NCBI GenBank assembly: GCA_965240325.2
Contig: OZ251222.1
Coordinates: 4,030,001 to 4,094,000 of the forward strand
Direction: 5' to 3'
DNA: 64,000 nt
Source: Rebecca billardiae RCC1528
Lineage: Eukaryota > Protista > Haptophyta
Below the pieces are notes generated by a model. That model worked only from the letters and a program-made list of their open reading frames with translations, had not been told where the DNA came from and did no database searches. Shown here piece after piece: positions 54,401 through 64,000 of this stretch; positions within the stretch are counted from its first letter, which is position 1; every line of letters starts with the position of its first letter. Made by a program: the position numbers and the translations under genes.

Positions 54401-57400
54401 TCTCCGACCCGAGCGTGCGCACCGCCGCGTACCAGACGGTGCGCGCGGGCGGCGTGACGCCGTTCAGCTTCTTCGACGGCCTCGCCGAGCTGCACCTGTG
54501 CTACCGCTTCAGCCGGCCGGACGGCGGCTTCGAGCCGTGGGTGCTCGTGCCGGAGGTGACGGCGAGCGCGGCGCAGGTGTCCGCGCCCGCGCTCAGCTCC
54601 GCCACGGCCGGCGTGCCCACGACGATCACGCTGCGCGGCATCGGGCTCTCGGCCGCGGACCAGGAGGCGTTCTACGCCGCCGACTGCTCGGTCGGCGCGG
54701 CCGCGTCCTTCAGCGGCCTGCTCGTGCCCGCCTTCCTCGGCGACGGCGCCGCGAGCGTCACGTTCACGCCGCCCACGTACTCGAGCGCCGCGCTCTCGCT
54801 CTGCTACAACTTCCGCGCCAAGGGCGTCGCCGCCTTCGCCGCGGTCTCGCTGGAGGTGTTCGAGCTGCTCGCCTTCTCGGACGCGGACATCCCGGACGCG
54901 CTGCGCCTGGGCGGCGTCGGCGCGCCCACCAGCGGCGCCATCATCGTCAGCGCCCCGCGCACCTTCTGGTTTGGCGGCGTGGGCGTCTCCGACGCCGACC
55001 GCGCCTTCTTGGTGCCGCCGGGCGCGACGAGCTGCGCGTGCACGGCGCCGGGCTGCCGGCCGTGGCAGCAGCAGACGGGCGGGTTGCAGAGTGTCGGCAC
55101 CACACGGCTCGGCGACGCGACCGCGACGTTCACCTTCCTCGCCGACAACGGCGGCGTGGGCTACCAGCTGTGCTACTCGTTCGCGGGCAACGCGTTCAAG
55201 CTGTACCCTGCCTTCACGCTCGACGTGTACGAGGTGACGGCGCCCACCGTGCGGATCGCCGCCACCTCGACCGTCGCGACGTTCGCCGAGGTGATCCAGT
55301 TCGAGGGCGTGGGCGTGGGCGCGGGCGACCTCGCGCTGTGGGTGCTGCTCAGCGGCGACACCGCGTCGGGCGCGCAGGTCGCGACGGACTGCGCCTCCGC
55401 CGCCGCCGCCGGGTACGAGTACGTCGCGCCCGTGCAGTCGGTGAGCGCCAACGGCACGATCGGCCCGACCGAGTACACGCGCGAGGTCTCGGGCGCGGTG
55501 CTGTGCTACAAGTTCGTCGGCTTCGAGTGGCACCTCTTCGCCACGTCGACGCTCTCGGTCACGCTCTCGCGCAACCCGTTCGCGCTCGCGGAGATCGGCT
55601 CGATCGAGCCGGTCGGCGCCGCGCTCGGCTCGTCGACGGAGGTGACCATCTTTGGCTCGGGCTTTGCGGCAGCCGAGGGCGACCCGTTCGACCGCGCGCT
55701 CGGCTGGTTCAACGCGCGCGGCGCGGGCTCGCTCGTCTGCGTGTTCGGCGGGAACAAGGGCGAGCGCTCGTCCGTCACCGCGGTCGCGAGCGACCACATC
55801 ATCTGCCCCGCGCCGGCCGCGTACGCCGTCGCGCGCGAGGTGTTCCTCGAGCTCGAGGCGGCGCGGTGCACGGCGGACGAGCTGGCTGAGGGTGTGTGCT
55901 GCACGGCCGCCGAGCTCGAGCGCGACTCGGCGTGCGAGAAGCGCATCGCGGTGAGCTCGGGCTTCACGTTCTACGAGCTCTCCGCCGTGCGCGCGCTGCG
56001 CCTCCTCCCGCCGGGCTCGCCGCAGGGCCTGCTCCCCGCGGACAACCTCCTCACCGTCGCCGGGTACGAGGAGGGCGCGGCCGAGGTCGACGCGTACGTC
56101 GACCTCGGCCGGCTCACCGTGCGCTACGTGCGCGACGGCTCCGTGCTCGCCGAGCTGCCCGGCTCGCTGCCGGACAAGGGGCTCGCCGAGATGGTCGCGG
56201 GCGTGCCGTACGCCTCGCCCACCGGCGTGGGCACCTTGTTCAACCTCACCGTCGACGTGTCGCTCGACGGCGCCTCCTTCTCGTCGGACGGGCCGCAGTT
56301 CGTGCTGTACAACGCGGTCGTCGAGGCCGGCTTCCCGGCGGGCGCGCCGATCGGCGCGCCCACGGCGCTCACGCTGCTCGGCGGCGGCTTCGTCGACCTG
56401 GACGGCGCGGCGGTGTGCGTCTACACCGACGCGTCCGGCGCGGAGGCGCTCGCGCCCGCCACCATCCTCGCCACCACCACCGCCGTGTGCGCCGCGCCGA
56501 GCGCCGTGCGCGCGGGGTCGTACGCGGTCCGGCTCTCGCTCAACGGCGGGTACAACGTCGAGCCCGTCGTCTTCGACGAGATCGGCTTCGAGCTGTACGA
56601 CCTCGCCAGCGTGAACGTGACGGCCGTCGAGCCGCCGGGCGGCCCGACGACCGGCGGCACGCTCGTCACGCTCTCGGGCTCCGGCTTCGCCGCGTACGGC
56701 GACAACCAGACCGCGTGCGTGATTGACTTTGGCGGCGGCGACGTGCAGCTCGCGGCCGCGCGGCTGCTGGAGGAGCCGCCGCGGCTGCTGTGCGAGATGC
56801 CCGCGTTCACGGGCGGCGGGCGGCGGCTGGCGGGCGAGCACCTGCGCAACGCGACGATCAGCGCCACGCTCAACGGCGGCGCCGACGGCTCGATCGCGCC
56901 CGGCGGCGTCCCCTTCTACTTCTACGACCAGCCGAGCGTCGAGGGCGTGACGCCCGACACGCTCGACGCGGAGGGCGGCGCGGCCGTGCGCGTCACGGGC
57001 TCGGGCTTCCGCGCGCTCGCCGACATCGACGCGGCGTTCGAGGCGTACGTGCGCGTGCGCTTTGGCGAGCAGGTCACGAGCGGCACGGCCTCGGACGACG
57101 CCGAGCTGGGCGTGACCTCGCCCGTCGGGCTGGGCGCCACGCCGATCGAGGTGTCGCTCAACGGGCAGCAGTACGCGCCTCAGGCCGCGTCCGCCACCTT
57201 CTCCGGCTCGTACGCGCCCGTGATCAACCGCGTGGTGTTCGACGACACGGCGACGAAGCTGCTCGTGATCTTCGACGCGCAGGGCACGAACCGCGCCAAC
57301 CAGCTCGGCACGTTCGCCTGCGCCAACGTGCTCACCGCCGCGTCGGTCGCGACGCTGCGCGGCAGCTCGGCGAGCGCGCCCACCTGCAACTGGCAGGACT

Positions 57401-60400
57401 CGCGCACGCTCGTCGCGTTCCTCTCGGCGAGCACCGCCGCCGGGCCGGGCAGCACGATCAGCGTGCGGCCGAACACGATCGCCGCGCCGACGGTCGGCGG
57501 CGTCGCCTCGACCAAGTTCTCCACCGCCTCCGGCACCGTCGACCGCGACTTCCCGTGCCTCACGACGTGCCCGGTGCCGACGATGGCGCTGTCGGGCAGC
57601 GCGCAGCTCTCTGCGTGCGACGGCGACTCGCTCACCGTCGACGCGTCCGCCTCGTCGGGCGGCGGCATCGTGCCGCTCGCCTTCGAGTGGGGCGTCGACG
57701 CGTCGGTCACCGACTTCTCCGCCACGCTCAGCGCCGCGCTCAAGCGGCCGGCCGGCACGCCCAACGCGGTGCTGAGCGCGCAGAGGGACGTGCTCACGCT
57801 CTCCAACGACATTGTGCCCGCGGACGCGCGCACGATGACCTTCCTCGTGCGCGCGCGCTCGTTCACAGGCAGCGCCTCGCCGATCTCGCGCTGGACGGTG
57901 GCCAAGGTGGGCAAGGCGGCGCCGTCGGTGCAGATCCTCGCGCCCGCCACGCTCGACGCGCGCGCGTCGCAGCCCACCGGCCTCCTCGCGCGCGGCCAGG
58001 CGGCCGCGTGCTGGAGGGGCTCCAAGGCGCTGCTCTACACGTGGACGCACGACCGCACGGTGGCGGGCGCGCCCGCCACGCCCGCCGCGCTCGCCACCGC
58101 GCTCGGCTCCACCGCCGGCTCGTCGCTGCTCATCCCGGCGAACACGTTCGTCTTCGGCCGCACCTACCGGCTGCGCGTGCGCGTCGCGATGGCGGCGGAC
58201 CCGACCTTCTCTGCGGAGGCGAGCGTGGACGTGCGCGTGCTCACGGAGCCGCTGCAGGTGTTCTTCGCGCAGGGCGAGCGCTCGGCGTCGGCGGACGAGC
58301 CGCTCGTCCTCGACGCGTCGGGCTCGAACGACCCGGCCGACGCGCTCTCGGCGCTCGGCTCGATCGCCTTCGCCTTCTCGTCCGCGCAGGCGGCCATCGA
58401 TCCGGCGTGGGTGAGCGGCGGCGTGCTCACCGTGCCGGCCAACGCGCTCGCGCCGGGCGAGTACACGTTCACGGTCACGGGCACCAAGGGCGCGCGCTCC
58501 GCGTCGGCGTCGGTCGGCGTCACGGTCCAGGCGGGCGAGCTCTTCGACGTCACGGTCGACCTGAAGCGCGCCAAGGTGCCGGCGAACGGCCAGCTCGTGC
58601 TCGAGGGAGGCGCGTCGTGGGCAGACCGGCGGCGCGACCGCTTCAGCTATCTGTGGAGCTGCGACGAGATCGACCTCGACAAGGCGGGCGCGGTGCGAGG
58701 CACGGGGCGCACGCGGGCGAGCATCGTGATCGACCCGTCGGTGCTCTCGCCCGGCCAGACGTACACCTTCCGCCTCGACGCGACCTCGAGCGGCGCGGCG
58801 GGCATCTCGAGCTTTGCCGTCGTGAGTGCGACGACCAACGTTGCGCCGTGGGGCGGCTCGATCGTCGCCTCGCCCGAGGTGGGGCAGGCGATCTTCACCG
58901 AGTTCTTCCTCGCGGCGCGCGGCTGGACGGACGACCCGGAGGACAAGCCGCTGTACTACGAGTTCCGCCGCGACGGCAACCTCCAGCTCACCTCGCGCTC
59001 GCTCGCCAAGTTCGTGCAGGTGTACCTGCCGGCGGGCGTGCACAACGTGAGCCTCTCCGTCTCAGACGTGTACGGCGCCACCTCGACCGTCGAGTGCCCC
59101 GTGGTCGCCAGCGACGCGGAGCTGACGGGCGCGCAGGTGGACGAGGTGAGCGCGCTGATCGACGAGCTGATCTCGCAGGCGGACACGGGCGCCGCGCTGC
59201 AGATCATCTTTGCGCTCATCGACTCGCAGCAGGGCTCGGGCGGCGGCGCGCGCCGCCGGCTGCTCGAGCGAGGCGGCGCCGGCGGCGCGCGCGCGCTGCA
59301 GCAGGCGGGCGACGGCGACACCGCGCTCAAGCAGTCGCTCATCTCGCAGATCTACGAGCTGCAGCAGCTCGCCGCCGTGTCCGAGTCGGAGCAGCTGCAG
59401 CAGCTGCAGACGCTCAGCGCCACGCTCGCCACCTCCTCCGACGTCGAGCCCGAGGCGCAGAACATCGCGCTGGACGTGCTCGAGGCGCTCACCGCCTCCA
59501 CGACCGTCGACCTCGGCGCCGACGCGCGCGCCGCGCTCGCCGCGTCGATCGGCTCGCTGCTCGACGCGGCGGAGCTGTACGCGGCGAACGAGAGCGTCGC
59601 CGAGCTCTTCAACGCCACGTCGGCCGACGTCGGCTCGGTGCGCCTCGTGCTCGCGCGGCTGATCGAGTACGTGCAGGACGAGGTGGCGCCCGCGCTGATT
59701 GCAGACGCGGTCGCGGGCGAGGGCTCGCGCCTCTTCGACCTCGCCAAGGTGAAGCTGCTCGTGGAGCGGCGCGTGGCGCTCGAGCTGAACGGCGCGGTGA
59801 TCGACTCGCCGACCGGCAACATCACCGTCACGCTGCCGGGCGACAACCGCGTGCTCAACGCCGCCGGGCTCTCCGAGGCGGCCGGTGTGACCCTCAACCT
59901 CGTCGAGTGGACGAGCAACGTGTACGCGCTCATCGAGCAGTCGGGCGCGCAGCTGCGCACCGCGCCGTTCGCGCTGTACTTCGCGGACGGGGCGAACGCG
60001 CCGCTCGCGCTGGACCTCGCGTCGAACGAGTCCGCCTTCGACGTGACCATCCGCTCGGTGAGCACCGCCCCCACCAAGGACAAGGGCGACCCGTCGTACA
60101 ACTGCAGCGCAGACGAGTCGGGCCGCGCGTGCAACGGCCGCGGCACCTGCTCGGGCGGCGACGCGTGCGCGTGCGAGGCGGGCTGGTACGGCACGGCGTG
60201 CAACCACTGGCTGGGCTGCGCCGTGTGGGACGGCGCGACGCTCTCGTGGGCGCCCACCGACACGACGTACGCGCCGACGCTCGGCAACTACGACGAGTAC
60301 TGGGCGGGCGTGGGCTCGAGCGGCGCGCTGCGGTGCAAGCCCACCAGCCTCGGCGACTTTGCGGGCACGCTGCAGGCGGAGCCGATGCCGCCGCCGCCCG

Positions 60401-62629
60401 CGCCGCCGCCGCCGCCGCCGGGCGCGCCGTCGCCGCCGTCGCCCGCGCCGCGCGCGCCGCCGCCGCCGCTCGAGATCGTCGAGATCGTCACGCTGCCCGT
60501 GATCTCGCAGATCTACACGATCGCGATCGCCGTGGTGGGCGGGCTCAACTTGCTGCTGGTCGGCGCGGCGTGCGCGCGCGAGATGCGCGTGAAGCCCGAG
60601 GCGCGGCGCAGCGCGCTGCTGAAGAAGATGGCGGCGCGCTCGGGCGCGATCGAGCGCGCGCGCTCGCGCAGCCACGGCCGCCTCCCCTTCCACCTGCGTG
60701 CGCGCTTCGCCCTCGAGGACGGGCTGTCTCTGCTCGGGCTGGCGCAGGGCGAGACCGCGCCCGGGCTGCGCACGCCCGAGATTGTGCAGATCGTCTTCAC
60801 GCAGCTCATGTTCCAGCTGTGGCTGCAGGCGTTCCTCTTCGCGGGCGAGGGCGAGCTGGGCGTGCCGCTGCCCGCGCCCGAGTCGCTGCAGGCCGGCCGC
60901 CGCGCGCTGCAGCAGGCGGCGGGCGGCGGCAGCGGCGCCGCCTTTGTCGCGCACGTGGCCATCAGCACGGTGCTGGCCGCGCCCGCGCTGTACGTCACGC
61001 GGCTGCTCTTCGTGCTCGTGCTCGGGCTGGCGTGGGGCGCGACGCCGTTCGGCGTGGCGCGGCGGCTCCTCGTCGCCACCACCGTGTGCCTCTTCCCCGC
61101 CGCCGCGCGCAAGAAGTGGAAGGTCGGGCGCGGCGCGGGCGGCGCGCGGCCGATGCAGACGACACCCGTGCGCGCGGGCGGGGCCAGGGCCGGCGCCGAC
61201 CCTGCCGTCGTCGGCTCCGGCGGCTCGGGCAGCGCGGCGGGCGCGGGCAGCGCGGGCGGCTCGCCGAGCGCGGGCAGGATACCGACCACCATCGCCGACG
61301 TGCTCGCCGAGCAGGACGACGGCACGCAGTACCTCCCCTCCTACGCGCCGCGCCGGCTGCCGCCGCTCGCCGGGCCGGGCGGTGATCTGCGCTCGGGCAT
61401 TCGCGAGCGCATCGCCGTGCCGCGCCTGCTCGACGACGGCGACGGCCGGCCGGCGCCGCCGCCGGGCGAGGGCGGGCCGCGCCGCGCCGCGCTGCCCTGG
61501 TCCGAGGACGCCGACAAGAACGCCACGCGGATGAAGCCGCCGTGGGAGCTCGCGGGCGCGCCCGCCGCGGCGAGCGGCGCGCCGCCGCCGCCGCCGCCCC
61601 GGCCGCCGCCCGCCGCGCCGCCCCCGCGCACCGACTCGTCGGCCGCGCGCTCGGGCGGCGAGGGCGGCGGCTCCGAGCGGCGCGGCAGCGGCGCGGCGTG
61701 CTCGAACCGCGTCGCGCCGACCCGCGCCGTCGCGATCCCGCCGCCGACGCAGCCCCAGCCGGAGGGCGGCGCCGCCGGCCCCGCGGGCTTCCGCGCGCGC
61801 GGCATGGACGGCTCGACGGACGGAGCGCCGCCGCCCTCGCCGAGCCCGCCGAGCCCGCCGCCGTCGCCGCCGTCGGGCGCGGAGCGTGACGAGGACGGGG
61901 CGGAGCGCGTGCACCCCGAGGGCGCGGACGCCACGGCGACGGCGCTCGTGTACCCCGGGGACGCGCGCGAGGGGGAGACGGCGACGACGCGCCCGGCGCC
62001 GCCGCCCGAGGGCGGCCCCTCGCCCTTCCTGCGCGAGGCGACGGTTGCCCGGTACAAGGTGGACGGCGGCGAGAGCTTCGCCTACGGCACCGGCGAGGTG
62101 CCCGAGGCCAAAACGGAGTTCACCGCCGTCGACAAGATTCGGGTACGACGCGCGCGCGCGCGCGCGCGCCGTGGCCGGGCGGGCGGCGTCACGTGCCGCG
62201 CGCGCGCGCCCCGGCGTGGCGGCGCTTGGCGCTCACCCGTGCACGCGCGCCCGCCCGCCCCTCCGCCATGCCCTCCGCAGACGGCCTTGGCCTGGATGCT
62301 GCAGCTTGGGATCTTCGGCATCCTCGCCTACTTTGCGCTGGAGAGCTCGTTCAAGCACACGGAGCCCGTCGCGACTGTCGCGCTCGCAGCGTTTGCGGTG
62401 CGTGCGAGCGCGCCATTGCGCGGAGCGGAGCCAGTGACGCGCGTGAGCGTGAGCGAGGGCGCGCGCGCGGCCGTCCACCGTCGGCTCACAAACGGAACGG
62501 TCGCCTCGCGCCCCGCCACCCACCGCGCAGGTCGCCACCTTCGCGACCTTTGTGGTCGAGGAGCCCATCGTCATCCTGCTCTTCGCAGGCATTTCGCACA
62601 TGGCCGCTGACGTCGCAGGCGGCATATGA
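42496..62629 (+). CDS. Giant (~6,620 aa) polycystin-1-like surface protein: signal peptide - (SPPP)n stalk - 9 beta-rich repeats - ~5 IPT/TIG - PKD/REJ - GAIN/EGF/GPS-like - ~5 TM
   Basis: Exons 42496-62142, 62281-62397, 62531-62629. Signal peptide MAAAHSRVGLLARGVGLALLALALGRPASVA. IPT motifs (VTAVEPPGGPTTGGTLVTLSGSGF). REJ-like motifs (LVLDASGSNDP, FSYLWSC, APWGG...GWTDDPEDKPLYYEF). GPS-like CAVWD...W...CKPTSLGDF. The last exon ends FVVEEPIVILLF. Confidence 0.85.
42601..52704 (+). repeat. Coding tandem repeat, 12/15-nt units encoding Ser-Pro3 / Ser-Pro4 (~10.1 kb, ~3,370 aa)
   Basis: Uninterrupted reading frame; nucleotide variation is almost entirely synonymous (Ser AGC/TCG/TCA/TCT/AGT, Pro CCN). 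Confidence 0.98.
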
Positions 62630-63175
62630 TCCGCGTCGGATCATATGGGACATGCCGCCGGTCGACATCATGTCTTATTCATGACATGCCGCCATCGGAA
62701 GCCAGCACACTATACAGACTATACTCAGCATGTCACTGCGCATGATGTCACGACTGCTTGCTGTCAGTATCGTCATACTGTAACAGTTACAGTAGCAGTA
62801 AGACTTAGTCGCGCGTCAACATGATATGTGTAGTCATGGCGGGGCGGAGTTATATGGCGGGCGGCCGTTAATATTGGAATATATAGTCGCGTAGTAGTGG
62901 TCGGCCATTGATGATGCCACTATAACTCGTCTAAGACTACTGCTAGCCACTGCGGACTACCGATGCTCGATACCCGGCGCCCGCCGCTGGCACTCCGCAC
63001 TGCGCCGCGTCGATCGAGTAGGCTCCAGCTCCGCCGGTCCACCCCCCCGGCCCCAGCTCCGTTACGTCTTGGCCCCGAGCCGAAGTCAATCAACCAAGCG
63101 AACCATGCAGCGCAGAGTCCCTTCCGACCCCCGATTGATGACTTCGTCAACGAGAAATGCCCGATCTGACCGACC

Positions 63176-63363
63176 ACCTCCCAATGATAGATTCAGACTC
63201 TATTTTTACAACTACTATGTATTTAACCGTCCCTCACAGGCTCACTCAGATCTCAGCACAGTCCGGGGGTGTTCCGGACACTACCTGTGTACATCTGCGA
63301 AAATGGCTTCCGGACTAGCTGGGTATTTCGTTAGAGAAAATAGAGTCTGAACCTATGGGAGGT
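63176..63363. mobile_element. MITE-like inverted-repeat element (~190 bp)
   Basis: Left ACCTCCCA(ATGA)TAGATTCAGACTCTATTTT vs reverse complement of right ACCTCCCATAGGTTCAGACTCTATTTT. No clear TSD. Confidence 0.5.
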
Positions 63364-64000
63364 TTGGCTGATGATCCATCTCAATCTGGCCATAATATTT
63401 TCAAATATATATCGTCCAAGGGACCGGCCTGGGATGGCCTCTAGGAGCTATGATTGTAAATCACCAGAGGCGGCGATCCCGCCTATTGCCGTGTCAAGAT
63501 CGGTAACGCTCCAGTGACCGGACTGGGGGGGGGGGGGGCTGAACTTGAAGCCGGAGCTTCGAGTCCGGTTCGGCTGCGGCAGTGCTGCAGACCTGACTGA
63601 GACCCATGCCATCGTCAACTGATGAATAGTATGCGGCGCGCGAGGCCTATTATTCGCTCACTGTACTGGCGGACGAGAGTCTAATCATCACTGCATATGC
63701 TACATCCTACTATATCATCATCAACATTACCCAGTCGATCTCGCACGACATGCACCGTAGTTGGCGGATATCCAGTGCGACTCACCGTGCGATCCTATCG
63801 TCCCGCCATTGACTCCGAGCCATTGACGCGCGACGCCTCGACCCGCGGCGCTCTGCCTCTTGGATTCAGAGTGGGCTCGTGGTCCACAAGGACGGCCGCC
63901 ACCACTGCAGTGGCGCAGTGACACATTATTCATCACATTGCATCAGCAAGTCAGATGTCATCGTCATCAGTCATCACCTGCTCGGGAGCTTGGGCTTGGT

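Noticed and set aside
2444-62629. Possible glycosylation cluster (sugar transporter + GT10/GT31 + extensin-like giant protein)
   Set aside because: The genes are tens of kb apart and interspersed with housekeeping genes; there is no evidence of co-regulation or conserved synteny.
1-64000. CRISPR arrays, tRNA or rRNA genes
   Set aside because: No repeat-spacer arrays, cloverleaf structures or rRNA-like sequence seen; the context is eukaryotic and intron-containing.

Overview
Very GC-rich, gene-dense eukaryotic nuclear DNA with short GT-AG introns (donors mostly GTGCG/GTACG, acceptors usually YGCAG/CGCAG). The style suggests a GC-rich microalga such as a haptophyte, but this is inference only. 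About 18 protein-coding genes can be modelled by hand, including a TPT-family transporter, kinesin, alpha/beta hydrolase, exon-modular LRR receptor, TPR protein, RPL19, SulP-STAS-cNMP transporter, PurF, SEC22, a GT10+GT31 glycosyltransferase, a RAP-domain repeat protein, a DOMON/copper monooxygenase, ROK1/DDX52, an F-box-like/Tudor-like protein and a giant ~6,620-aa surface protein. Several non-autonomous transposons are also present. Two observations stand out. (1) Amidophosphoribosyltransferase (PurF) is encoded as a ubiquitin-like-domain fusion (...RVRGG|CAVV...). The di-glycine sits immediately before the catalytic N-terminal Cys, which suggests deubiquitinase-type activation of the first committed step of purine synthesis. 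(2) A polycystin-1-like REJ/GPS/multi-TM protein carries a ~3,370-residue (Ser-Pro3)n stalk, about 1 micrometre long if fully extended. Also notable: an LRR gene with one repeat per symmetric exon, a short retroposon-like element with an oligo-G head and a 16-17 bp target-site duplication, a foldback element in a bidirectional promoter, and an apparent excess of micro-insertions in intergenic DNA. All gene models and family calls come from reading the sequence; no database search was run.
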